Shown: piece after piece, positions 22,151 through 30,941 of the stretch
Position numbering within the stretch: position 1 is the stretch's first letter
How the letters are laid out: the number at the start of each line of letters is the position of its first letter
From: Nitrospirales bacterium
Lineage (GTDB): Bacteria > Nitrospirota > Nitrospiria > Nitrospirales > UBA8639
NCBI GenBank assembly: GCA_965223295.1
Contig: CBDCWC010000003.1
Coordinates: forward strand, 1,504,001 to 1,568,000
Direction of reading: 5' to 3'
Length of the DNA: 64,000 bases
Notes under the pieces: model-generated
What the model saw: the letters and a program-made list of their open reading frames with translations, nothing else
Told to the model about the DNA's origin: nothing
Databases searched by the model: none
Translations under genes and position numbers: made by a program

Positions 22151-22726
22151 CTATTCGAGGGGGATTAAGATTTCCAGTCCACCCATGATGTCATTGAGCT
22201 TAAAGTCACGTTTAGGGCTTTGTTCATGGGCATTATGACAGTTGACACAGGCACGGCTCACTGCTCGATCAGGGAAAATAGCCTGAAAATACTTCCGCTT
22301 GTCTAACTCAATTTCTTGTTCTGAGACTTCTCCGTAAGTCATCACTCTCTCCAGCACTTCACGTTCCTTTTCCGATTCCGGGGCATTTTCCTGGTTGATT
22401 GGCCATAAACTGACTAGCCGGTATCGAAACGGTTTACCGCTCACCTGCAACCCCCGAGAGGATTCTTTGAAAAACTGTGCTGGGAGTGGCAACGTGCGAT
22501 CTTCACGCCAATTTTCTGTGGCATTGACGATTAACATGGCTTCCATACGCTCTACCACGTGTTGGGTGTAAAAGGTGCGATCGGCTTGGAGAACGGCATG
22601 GAGATAATCCGCGACGACACGAATGGGAAAGCCTTGGCCTGGTGAGAGTTTCACGCCGATCCCAATCCCAAGGATGATGGACAGGATAATGGAAACAATA
22701 AGGATGAGAATATGTTGGCGAGCCAT
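22151..22726 (-). CDS. DUF3365 / Tll0287-like c-type heme protein
   Basis: N-terminal TM helix, LPLPAQF, SLWPIN, CVNCH heme-binding motif, F.LNDIMGG. Confidence 0.85.
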   Translation of the reverse strand: MARQHILILIVSIILSIILGIGIGVKLSPGQGFPIRVVADYLHAVLQADRTFYTQHVVERMEAMLIVNATENWREDRTLPLPAQFFKESSRGLQVSGKPFRYRLVSLWPINQENAPESEKEREVLERVMTYGEVSEQEIELDKRKYFQAIFPDRAVSRACVNCHNAHEQSPKRDFKLNDIMGGLEILIPLE

Positions 22727-23032
22727 CGATTGACAGGTTCCCTTCCTGGGTCACTGCGTGGACCTTGTCGATCCAAAACCTTTCCTTCATGACCAGTGAG
22801 ATCAATATAGCAAGAGACGCTTTGGGAGGCCTACTCTTTTTTGATGGAAAAGCGAATGAGACCTTTGGCAACGAACTCTAAAGAAAACGGGTATGTTGTT
22901 ATATTTTTTAGAAAGTGAAGTGGGAAGGGGTGAAAAAGAATTGGCGGAAACAGCCTCTTTCTGGCAGTCCGCTAAAACATCTTGGAAGGCAATGGAGTCA
23001 TGATGAAGATGATGAAATAGATGTTGTCGAAG

Positions 23033-23089
23033 TTAAAATCTCGAAAGAACGGCCCATGTCACGAGTAAAATAAGTGTAAATGCTTCCAT
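23033..23089 (-). CDS. Putative 18-aa hydrophobic micropeptide MEAFTLILLVTWAVLSRF
   Basis: AGGAGG RBS upstream of the ATG; first ORF downstream of a consensus sigma54 promoter; not in the ORF track. Confidence 0.6.
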   Translation of the reverse strand: MEAFTLILLVTWAVLSRF

Positions 23090-23144
23090 TGCAACAATCC
23101 TCCTAATTGTGAGGTCATTTGAGATTTACTAATCCTCGACATAA

Positions 23145-23160
23145 TGCAATGAAAGTGCCA
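23145..23160 (-). promoter_or_regulatory. Sigma54 -24/-12 promoter
   Basis: TGGCAC-TTTCA-TTGCA on the minus strand, a perfect consensus match. Confidence 0.85.
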
Positions 23161-23252
23161 AAGTCATTAGTTTTTAAATTAGATATTTTTTCAATGTTAT
23201 CGATTATTTATATGTGTAGTATCCTTTTCCCCAAGGTCTTATTCCCATGAGT

Positions 23253-23290
23253 GTGCGAGTAGCAAAATAACATGTGGTGCGAATCCGCTC
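23253..23290. promoter_or_regulatory. Tandem enhancer (UAS) pair A
   Basis: GTGCGAGTAGCAAA (23253) and GTGCGAATCCGCTC (23277), 24 bp apart. Confidence 0.7.
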
Positions 23291-23296
23291 AGGAGA

Positions 23297-23485
23297 ATGT
23301 TGAATAATGAAGATATCAAAAGCCATATTTCGCCATGAAGCTCTGGGCCATCAACAACCCCGGGTCTGTTCAAAAAAGTCCGCTCGCCTGCGCGAAGCCG
23401 CTACGGCGAAGGCAGGGAACGCTGCTCCGGCCTTCGTAGCCTACTGAGTTATTTCGGCGGAGTAAGCGGTGGCTATTTTCAACTG
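23297..23485 (-). mobile_element. MITE-like repeat, family A, copy 5 (with nested hairpin modules)
   Basis: atgttgaataatgaagatatcaaaagcc ... ctattttcaactg. Confidence 0.8.
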
Positions 23486-23627
23486 ACTCCTCAGGGAAAT
23501 GAGCCAATCAGAAAGAGCAATACAGATGAAAGAAAGAGCTGGATGAGGGACAGAACGAAGGAGAAAAGGGCAGACAATGAATTGGTTATATTATTTTGAA
23601 GGCTTCTCTGAATACCTCTGGTATGTG

Positions 23628-24419
23628 CTAAAAAACTAAGGATTTCTTCACGCCGTCACTCACGACATAAGAGGTCTCAACCCAAATCCAGTCTTTGTTG
23701 GCTGGGCCGTGAATTTGTACACCAGTCAAGACTGCATAGTCTGTTGTTTTGATATCCACGGTGAGTTGAATCATCCGCTCCAGATCTTCTTTGATAATGT
23801 GTTGAGTGACTTTGGTCAGTGTGACTAAGTCTGGAGTTTCTGCAAATCCACTTTTCTCAAACAACCGTTGTTGGAGAAGGCTTTGCTCAAGATCATCCTG
23901 ATCTAGCTCCAGGTTCACGTTTCCTTCTGAAATGTTTTCCTGAATCTTCAGTAAAGCGCCACAGGCGTGGGACATGGCGTGACGTCCTAAGCGGTGGCAA
24001 TTCCCTGGGTTGCCATGTTCATCGATGGCGATGTGGGGGAAGGCAAAATACACATACCGTTCCTTGCCATCAATATTGGGAGCGTGATGATGGGCGGCTT
24101 GAAACCCTGTGACGCCCAAATACAACATTCCAGCCAGACTGGAAAAGTCAAACGCCCCATTCCAGGCATTATGGAGTCTGTTCATGAATGCCGTGGTGAT
24201 TTCATCACGGCAGACGCTCACACAGGCAATGGAATTCTTCTGTTCTATCCCGAAGGGATGTAACCGGAATTGCGAGTAGTCCACGAATGCATCACAGGGA
24301 TAGGTACCAGGAAAGTGCCAATCTAAGGCTGTTCTGAAATCCGAAGGGCCAGGAGAAATTTCAGAAGTTGTTTCATATGAAGAAGAACTGGGTGAGAGCA
24401 GAGTCGGCATGAGCGTCAT
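23628..24419 (-). CDS. LCIB/LCIC-family (beta-type) carbonic anhydrase
   Basis: HFPG, SVCRDE, GVTGFQAAHHHAP, FPHIAI, HACGAL and TGVQIHG; the Cys/His/Cys zinc ligands are present. Confidence 0.85.
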   Translation of the reverse strand: MTLMPTLLSPSSSSYETTSEISPGPSDFRTALDWHFPGTYPCDAFVDYSQFRLHPFGIEQKNSIACVSVCRDEITTAFMNRLHNAWNGAFDFSSLAGMLYLGVTGFQAAHHHAPNIDGKERYVYFAFPHIAIDEHGNPGNCHRLGRHAMSHACGALLKIQENISEGNVNLELDQDDLEQSLLQQRLFEKSGFAETPDLVTLTKVTQHIIKEDLERMIQLTVDIKTTDYAVLTGVQIHGPANKDWIWVETSYVVSDGVKKSLVF

Positions 24420-24474
24420 TTCCTTAGTCAGAGCGTTTCAAAAGTGAATCATTGCCTCATAGACTTCTGATTAA

Positions 24475-24490
24475 AGCAAGGACAGTGCCA
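24475..24490 (-). promoter_or_regulatory. Sigma54 promoter of the LCIB-like gene
   Basis: TGGCAC-TGTCC-TTGCT on the minus strand. Confidence 0.85.
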
Positions 24491-24584
24491 GCGATCTTTT
24501 GCGCAGGCATTCAGAAGAATATCCGGGATTCCTTGTGGTTTTTGGTATTTCCTGTTCCGAGAACTGCTGTATGGAAAGTAGAAG

Positions 24585-24622
24585 GTGCGGGTTCGCACTA
24601 GGTGGACTGTGCGTAAAAAGTT
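24585..24622. promoter_or_regulatory. Tandem enhancer pair E
   Basis: GTGCGGGTTCGCAC (24585) and the half-site GTGCGT (24609), 24 bp apart. Confidence 0.65.
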
Positions 24623-24634
24623 TACCTTCGGGGT

Positions 24635-24851
24635 CTGTTGAAAAAAGCCGCCAGCAGCGTTCTCGCCATTGTTCCGTGCTCACGTACTGCCAGTACGCTC
24701 CGCGCGCAACAATGGCTGCGGCCTTGCTGGACCTGGCTTCGCCGAAGCGGCTTCGCACAGGCGAGCGGACTTTTTTGAACAGCCCCAATGCTGCTGATCG
24801 CGAATAGCTTCCTGACGAAATATGGCTCTTGATCTCTTCATTATTCAACAC
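24635..24851 (+). mobile_element. MITE-like repeat, family A, copy 6
   Basis: ctgttgaaaaaagccgcc ... ggacttttttgaacag ... ttattcaacac. Confidence 0.88.
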
Positions 24852-24924
24852 TCACCTTCGTGATATGGGTTGTGTAGGCGTCGTCAAGAATGATTTGCAG
24901 CTGCGGAACAGATTTTCACAACCG

Positions 24925-26268
24925 TCAGATCTGTTCGGTGAGGGCTTCCGGGGAAATATGGAGATGCCGAGCGGCTAGCTCTTTGTCCTGATTAGATAAT
25001 CGTAAAACTTCTTGAACAACCATGCGCTGGATTTCAGCTAGGGAGTGTTCTCCAAGTTCAAAGTGAATGCGTACGGTATTGGGTGAGAGTTGTTCGCTAT
25101 GGGATGCTGCCGGTTGAGAGGAAAAATCTAGAGCTGTGAGAACGGTGCCTTGAGAACAGAGGACAGCCCTTTTGGTCAATGCCTCCAATTCTCGAATATT
25201 CCCTGGAAATTGAAAATTCAGCAGAAGCGGAGGAACGGAAGGATCAATATCGAGTTTTTCCCGTCCAATTTCTTCGCCATAGGTTTGAAGAATTTTGAGG
25301 GTCAGAGGAATAATATCTTCCTGGCGTTCTCGAAGCGAAGGAATCGCAATGTGATTGTCTCGAAGGCGAGGAATCAATTTCGAATGAAAGACCTGGTCTT
25401 GCTCCGCTGATTGTGTACTGGCAGTCACAATACGCGCTTGAAGCGAGAGACGGTCATGTCCTCCCATTCGACAATAGGACCCGGATTCAATAGCCATGGC
25501 TAAGGATTCTTGGACGTCCAGAGGAATATGATCAAGCCCATCAATAAATAAGGTGCCGGCATGGGCGCGTTCCAAGGCGCCAGGCATAGCTTGATTGGCA
25601 CCGCTAAAGGCACCTCGTTCATAGCCAAAGAGTTGGGCTTCAAGGAGAAGCGCGTTTTGTTCTGTGCTATTAACAAAAATAAACGGGCCGATGTGCTTGG
25701 GACTGTTGTAATGAAGCACTCGTGCTAAAAATTCTTTTCCTGTTCCCACTTCACCTTGAAGAAACATCAGGGCCGTGTCTCCGTCTGCCAGCTTCTTCAG
25801 TTCTTCAACAACCTTCGCCATCGAGGCACTAGTGGCAATGACATGCTCCCACGCGTAGTGCCGTTGGTTTTCTAACGCGCTGTATTCGACCCGGCGTCGT
25901 AGTTCTAAGAAATTAAGAGCTCGGTCTAATGCAGGATCCACCGTTGAAAAATCAACGGATTTGATCACAAAGTCGTAGGCGCCTAGGCGTATCGCTTCGA
26001 CGGCATCTTCAACGCTGCCATATGCCGTTAACATCACGACCAATGGCTTGGAAGACGACTGCCGTACTTTTCCCAAAGTTTCCATCCCATCCATTTCAGG
26101 CATCTTGAGGTCGAGGAACATCAGGTCAGGAATTTCGTAGGTCAAGGCTTCCAGGAGTGCGTTTCCCGAGTTGAAGCTTCTGACGAGATGTCCCTTCCTG
26201 GCCAATCGTCGACTTAATGCGGAACAGACGTTCTGCTCATCATCGGTCACATAAATTGTTGCGCGCAT
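24925..26268 (-). CDS. NtrC-family response regulator with a degenerate AAA+ domain
   Basis: REC domain (TDDE, LDLKMP), Walker A GEVGTGKE, GAFSGA, Walker B altered to FIDG, FPGNIREL, C-terminal HTH. Confidence 0.88.
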   Translation of the reverse strand: MRATIYVTDDEQNVCSALSRRLARKGHLVRSFNSGNALLEALTYEIPDLMFLDLKMPEMDGMETLGKVRQSSSKPLVVMLTAYGSVEDAVEAIRLGAYDFVIKSVDFSTVDPALDRALNFLELRRRVEYSALENQRHYAWEHVIATSASMAKVVEELKKLADGDTALMFLQGEVGTGKEFLARVLHYNSPKHIGPFIFVNSTEQNALLLEAQLFGYERGAFSGANQAMPGALERAHAGTLFIDGLDHIPLDVQESLAMAIESGSYCRMGGHDRLSLQARIVTASTQSAEQDQVFHSKLIPRLRDNHIAIPSLRERQEDIIPLTLKILQTYGEEIGREKLDIDPSVPPLLLNFQFPGNIRELEALTKRAVLCSQGTVLTALDFSSQPAASHSEQLSPNTVRIHFELGEHSLAEIQRMVVQEVLRLSNQDKELAARHLHISPEALTEQI

Positions 26269-26583
26269 AGGGTTCCTTATTTTGAGAGAGCATTACAAAA
26301 CAATCGAGCCTAAAATTTTTCAGTCCAAAAAATAAAGAGGTCCCCAAAAACCGCCCCGTTTTGAGAGGGCATGAGACGAGTCATAGGACGGTTTGAGGAA
26401 ACCACCCCCGTTTTTGTCGGGGAAACAGGAAAAGTCTGTCTAGACAAGACTGCAAAGTCCATACTCAAACGGTTTTGTAGGTTTTAAGAGAGAATATAAA
26501 GAACGTATTCCGTATTTCAGCAATAAACTAGAAATGTTTCCTGTGTTGTCCTGTTCCCCAATTATCATATAACGCAAACGAGT

Positions 26584-26621
26584 GTGCGATGTTGCACGGG
26601 GCTGCCTGTGTGAAATGGCAC
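26584..26621. promoter_or_regulatory. Tandem enhancer pair B
   Basis: GTGCGATGTTGCAC (26584) and GTGTGAAATGGCAC (26608), 24 bp apart. Confidence 0.75.
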
Positions 26622-26687
26622 CTTTGAGGAAGGGTTAAACACTCCCATTCACGAAAATCTCATATCCATTTCGTAGTGAGGGAAGCT

Positions 26688-26703
26688 TGGTATTGGTTTT
26701 GCG
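26688..26703 (+). promoter_or_regulatory. Sigma54 promoter of the porin gene
   Basis: TGGTAT-TGGTT-TTGCG with correct GG-N10-GC spacing. Confidence 0.7.
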
Positions 26704-26756
26704 TTAAGAAAAGCTGAGACGGTTAACTCTGTGAGAAAACCAACTATTCATCTTAT

Positions 26757-26898
26757 GGGCACCTCTACAAACTGATGATTTTTTCTGAGGGCGGCGTTAG
26801 CGGCGCGCGGAAAACCGCAGTGTATGGGCCAATACATGAGGATTTGAGCGCGCTGCTAACGCCGCCATCGGGAAAAAGGACAGTTTTTAGAGGTGCCC
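26757..26898. mobile_element. Long-hairpin MITE, family B
   Basis: TIRs GGGCACCTCTAcAAAC / GTTTtTAGAGGTGCCC, inner stem GGCGGCGTTAGC/GCTAACGCCGCC, flanked by TTAT on both sides. Confidence 0.88.
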
Positions 26899-26920
26899 TT
26901 ATGTACTGAAAGAATGTCTG

Positions 26921-28300
26921 ATGACCTATTATATGATTTTCAGGATGCTTCTTGTTTTGAGTGTTTTTTCGGGAGGAGAAATCGTATTCGGAGCAGGAAA
27001 TCATAGCAAAGAATTCCCCAGTGACTTTGATCGATTGAAGACAATTTTACAGCAACCTAATTCCCTTTCCGCTGCGACCCCTAAATGGTTGGATGTGGGA
27101 GTGGAACATCGCACTCGTTATGGAACGTTTAATCATAGCTTTACCAGAGGGACGGCTGGAAGTAATCAACAAATTCATCAGCGCACAAGAATTCTCATGG
27201 GTATTAAGGATATCTGGGATCCTATGCGGTTTACACTGGAAGCCGCTGATTTTCGCACCCCTGTGGCAGATCGAGGACAAGATCGTAACCCAATTTTTGT
27301 TAATCATCTAGATATTTTTCAGCTCCATATAGATTTGGTGTCTCAGAATTTTTTGGGGTTGGGGCATTCGGGAAAACTTGAGATTGGTCGTATCATCATG
27401 GATTTTGGGAAGGGGCGTTTGGTCGCAGGCCACCGGTTTGGGACGTTTACCCCAACGTTCGATGGTGTGCAATTGACCTTTGGGTCTGATCCCAGCTCTT
27501 TGTGGAATGTTCGGGCCTTTGTCGCGAGACCGGTTCACCGACATTCGGTTAGTCCAGATTGGACCACGCCGATTAGCTACTTTTCAGGTGCGGCGATTTC
27601 AAGCCGGCATGTTCCATGGGCCAATGGAGAGCTGTATCTCTTTCAACTCAATGAAGGAAATAATCTTCAACGGCGCGATCTTTCCACAATGGGATTTCGG
27701 GTCTTTGCTCAGCCAAAGACACAGCAGTGGGATTATGAAATAGAGTCGATCTATCAAGTTGGGAAGGTAGACAAGACAGATCATTTCGCACATCGTCATC
27801 ATGGGGAGGTAGGGTATAGTTTTGGAACGGCGTGGCCGCTTCAGTTTGTGTATCTTTTCGACTATGCATCTGGAGATCCTAATCCAAAAAAGAACTTTGA
27901 TTTTTTGTTTGCCAAACGCCGCGCAGAATATGGGCCAACGGGAATCCTAGGTATTATTTTTCCTTCCAATATTCTTTCCCCTGTGGGTTTCCGTTCAACC
28001 ATCAAGCCCATCCCCACAGTCCAATGGATGATCTCTCATCGCACCTTCTGGCTGGCAGATAGCCGTGGTCCTTTTGTGGGTAGTGGGTTACAGGATTCTA
28101 CAGGTCGAGCAGGCACATTCCTGGGAAATTTGTTCGATACCTCGGTCAATTGGGCTCCGCAAGCAGGCTATTTGCGCCATGCGTCATTCGAAGTGGGATT
28201 TTCTCGTTTTTTCAAAGGCTCCTACTTTAATCGAGTCCCTCAAAGTCCAGGTACTGCGGATGTCAACTATGTGTATACGATGGCGACTCTTTCCTTCTAG
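26921..28300 (+). CDS. Alginate-export (AlgE-like) family outer-membrane porin
   Basis: Signal peptide, EHRTRY, GR..MDFG.GRLV, FDG and YASGD motifs, amphipathic strands, terminal Phe. Confidence 0.85.
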   Translation: MTYYMIFRMLLVLSVFSGGEIVFGAGNHSKEFPSDFDRLKTILQQPNSLSAATPKWLDVGVEHRTRYGTFNHSFTRGTAGSNQQIHQRTRILMGIKDIWDPMRFTLEAADFRTPVADRGQDRNPIFVNHLDIFQLHIDLVSQNFLGLGHSGKLEIGRIIMDFGKGRLVAGHRFGTFTPTFDGVQLTFGSDPSSLWNVRAFVARPVHRHSVSPDWTTPISYFSGAAISSRHVPWANGELYLFQLNEGNNLQRRDLSTMGFRVFAQPKTQQWDYEIESIYQVGKVDKTDHFAHRHHGEVGYSFGTAWPLQFVYLFDYASGDPNPKKNFDFLFAKRRAEYGPTGILGIIFPSNILSPVGFRSTIKPIPTVQWMISHRTFWLADSRGPFVGSGLQDSTGRAGTFLGNLFDTSVNWAPQAGYLRHASFEVGFSRFFKGSYFNRVPQSPGTADVNYVYTMATLSF

Positions 28301-28393
28301 CTCCATAACCTGACCTTTCTTTTTTTCAAAGACATTCATGTATCGTGGAGTCAGTGATTCATCATTTAGCACAATTTTTTACTTTTCCTTACC

Positions 28394-28431
28394 GGCTATT
28401 TTCGCACAGTGCATACCGTACGAATTCGCAC
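28394..28431. promoter_or_regulatory. Tandem enhancer pair C
   Basis: GGCTATTTTCGCAC (28394) and GTACGAATTCGCAC (28418), 24 bp apart. Confidence 0.72.
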
Positions 28432-28557
28432 AGGACACGAGTTTCGTTGAAAAAGGAGAAGGCTTTTCTTCGTTGCTTCGTGTGATGGTTCCGGATTTTA
28501 GTGAGAAATAAGGGGAAAAGACTCTGAATTGCCAATGACCATTTTCCTCATGTTTCA

Positions 28558-28573
28558 TGGCATGTGATTTGCC
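28558..28573 (+). promoter_or_regulatory. Sigma54 promoter of the BicA-like SulP gene
   Basis: TGGCAT-GTGAT-TTGCC. Confidence 0.78.
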
Positions 28574-28646
28574 CATTATCAAGAAGATTCAGCATTTTTC
28601 ATTCAATTCAAGACAGGCAATAGACTTCATAAAGGACGAATCGGCG

Positions 28647-30446
28647 ATGGATCAGATGATGAAAAGTTTTCGTGAGTATCTCAATACGTTTAACTTCAAA
28701 GAAAATTTTGAGGGATTGACCAGCAATGTGCGTGGGGACATGTTGGCGGGGATCACGGTGGCGATGGTAATCCTCCCGATGGCCTTGGCGTTTGGAGTCG
28801 CTTCAGGTCTTGGAGCTGTCGCGGGGATGTGGTCTGCCGTGGCAGCCGGTCTTGTTGCTGGCCCGTTAAGTGGATCGGCATGGTCGGTTGGCGGACCGAC
28901 GGGGCCAATGACGATTCAAATCCTGACCATTGCGCAGACACATCAAATATCTGATGGTTCTCCTGATTTAGTTTTTATTGCGACGATGATTGCTTTGGCG
29001 GGTTTGATCTTAATTACTCTTGGATTCTTGAAGCTTGGGCAATTTATTAAGTTCACTCCTTATTCTGTTATTTCTGGATTTATGACTGGGCTGGGTTTCC
29101 TGTATATGCTGCTTCAGCTCAATCCGTTTATCGGGTTACCTGGTGCGAAGAGCATTACGGCCGCCATCACAGAATTGCCCTCAACGATTGCACAGGCCTC
29201 CTTGCCGGCATTAGCAATTGGTCTTCTGACCTTAGTGATTGTGGTGATTTGGCCGAAAATTTCACCGGTGACGTGGCTGCCAGGACCGCTAATCGGTTTG
29301 TTTGTTGGGACGGTGGTGGCGACGACGTTGGGGTTAGACATTCCAAAAATTGGAGAGGTGCCAACCGGTTTACCTAAACTCTATTTACCCGATTTTACCG
29401 TTTTTCATGAAGCCTTTGTTCCGGCTGCCGCTCTCGCCGGTCTGTGTATCTTTGATAGTCTGCTCACCTGCCTCATCGTGGATAATATGACCGGAACTCA
29501 TCACAACAGTGACCGGGAACTCGTGGCTCAAGGATCGGCCAACTTATTTTCAGGAATGGTCGGCGGCTTAGGTGGGGCCACTAATACGATGCCTTGTGTG
29601 GTCGGGATTCAGAGTGGAGCAAAGACGCGATTGTGCTCGATCACCATGGGACTGGTTCTCCTTTCATTTATTCTTGGTTTAGGATCTCTGGCGGCTGCAA
29701 TTCCACTTTCTGCTTTGGCGGGGATTCTTCTGAAAGCCGGATATGACATTCTGGATATGCGTGTGCTTCCGGTGGTGCGAAGATTGCCAACCTCTGATCT
29801 CATGGTGTTTGCCCTCGTGGTGCTGATGACGGTTTTTTGGAATTTATTGTCGGCGATGGCGATGGGATTGGCTGTGGCGTTTTTCCGTTTTGTGAAGGAC
29901 CAATCAGATCGTTATAAGGCTGATCTCAATGTACGCAATGAAGACGTGAAGCAGGAAGAGGAAGATCTTATTTTCGCGTTTGGCCGAGATTATGCCCAAC
30001 GGATCAGTCTAAATGGGGCGAATATGGGAGAAATTAGCGGCCGCTTTGAACATCTGGTTCGAGATCGCATTATTATCGTTCGCCCCCATGGTCCCTTATT
30101 TTTCGGGGCCATTGATTGGTTAAATGAAACCGTAGAGGATCTCGAAAACAAAGACGTCCTCATCATTCGTTGTAAGTGGTTGGACGAGCTGGATTTGTCG
30201 GGTGCTTACGCGTTAGGTGACCTCATCGAGGCCGCGAATAGTCGCAATGTTGCAGTATTGACAGCTGGTATGTCGCCTAGGACGAAACAGGTTCTTGAAG
30301 ATTTGCACGAATTGGACAGGCTGGATCCAGATAATATCTGCACACATTTTAATGAGACCCTTGATAAAGCCATGCAAATCGTGGAGAAGAAAGCCCTTCA
30401 GGCCAAATCGAAATCTCAAGCAGAACCAACTCTGTCTTCGGGGTAA
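28647..30446 (+). CDS. SulP/SLC26 anion transporter, BicA-like, with STAS domain
   Basis: GDMLAG...LPMALAFGVASG, GPTGPMT, FDSLLT, RELVAQG and STAS motif GPLFFG...DLSG; start moved to ATG 28647 (AAGGA RBS, downstream of the sigma54 site). Confidence 0.9.
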   Translation: MDQMMKSFREYLNTFNFKENFEGLTSNVRGDMLAGITVAMVILPMALAFGVASGLGAVAGMWSAVAAGLVAGPLSGSAWSVGGPTGPMTIQILTIAQTHQISDGSPDLVFIATMIALAGLILITLGFLKLGQFIKFTPYSVISGFMTGLGFLYMLLQLNPFIGLPGAKSITAAITELPSTIAQASLPALAIGLLTLVIVVIWPKISPVTWLPGPLIGLFVGTVVATTLGLDIPKIGEVPTGLPKLYLPDFTVFHEAFVPAAALAGLCIFDSLLTCLIVDNMTGTHHNSDRELVAQGSANLFSGMVGGLGGATNTMPCVVGIQSGAKTRLCSITMGLVLLSFILGLGSLAAAIPLSALAGILLKAGYDILDMRVLPVVRRLPTSDLMVFALVVLMTVFWNLLSAMAMGLAVAFFRFVKDQSDRYKADLNVRNEDVKQEEEDLIFAFGRDYAQRISLNGANMGEISGRFEHLVRDRIIIVRPHGPLFFGAIDWLNETVEDLENKDVLIIRCKWLDELDLSGAYALGDLIEAANSRNVAVLTAGMSPRTKQVLEDLHELDRLDPDNICTHFNETLDKAMQIVEKKALQAKSKSQAEPTLSSG

Positions 30447-30519
30447 GAGTTACCCCGCTTTTTTGGAGAAATATTTTTCACATTGCTTTTTCAATCCCCT
30501 GACTATCAATTTCTGTCTC

Positions 30520-30720
30520 CAAGGAAAGGGCTCTCGTGCCGAAACGTCATAGCATCGCGCATGAACTGGCGCAGAACTTTCTCAATCACATCCCTGTCTG
30601 GCACAAGCTGACCATCCTGGGCTTTCTGTTCGTCGATCCCATCTTGCTGCTTTTGGCTGGCCTATTTGTGACCGGTGGGTGCTTATCTTGGAGTTTATCT
30701 TCACCCCCGCCATGGTCTAC
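30520..30720 (+). pseudogene. nhaB: Truncated, frameshifted copy of the nhaB 5' end
   Basis: Matches the RBS and first codons of the intact nhaB at 59893; has a 1-nt frameshift and an 81-bp internal deletion. Confidence 0.9.
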
Positions 30721-30941
30721 TATTCGGAGTATGGAAATGAGTGGGTTGATCTGAAACTCGGGAAAAAACTAGCCATTATATGAAAACTGAGACACTTGGA
30801 AAATAACTCAATTGAAGTCATGGACAAGAACGAAGTCAATATCTTACCTTCACAGTGCTGCAGTTGCTCAAATGATCGGACCTGTATCTTCATGATGTCC
30901 TATCCATTTCTTCAGTGGCATGTGAGGAACTTTTACAGGGT

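Noticed and set aside
26451-26466. Sigma54 promoter for the degenerate regulator (GAGTAT-GGACT-TTGCA, minus strand)
   Set aside because: Lacks the invariant GG at -24.
30855-30932. TGGCATGTGA and a GTGC...GCTC palindrome upstream of the kinase
   Set aside because: No GC at -12, wrong palindrome length and no 24-bp partner site.
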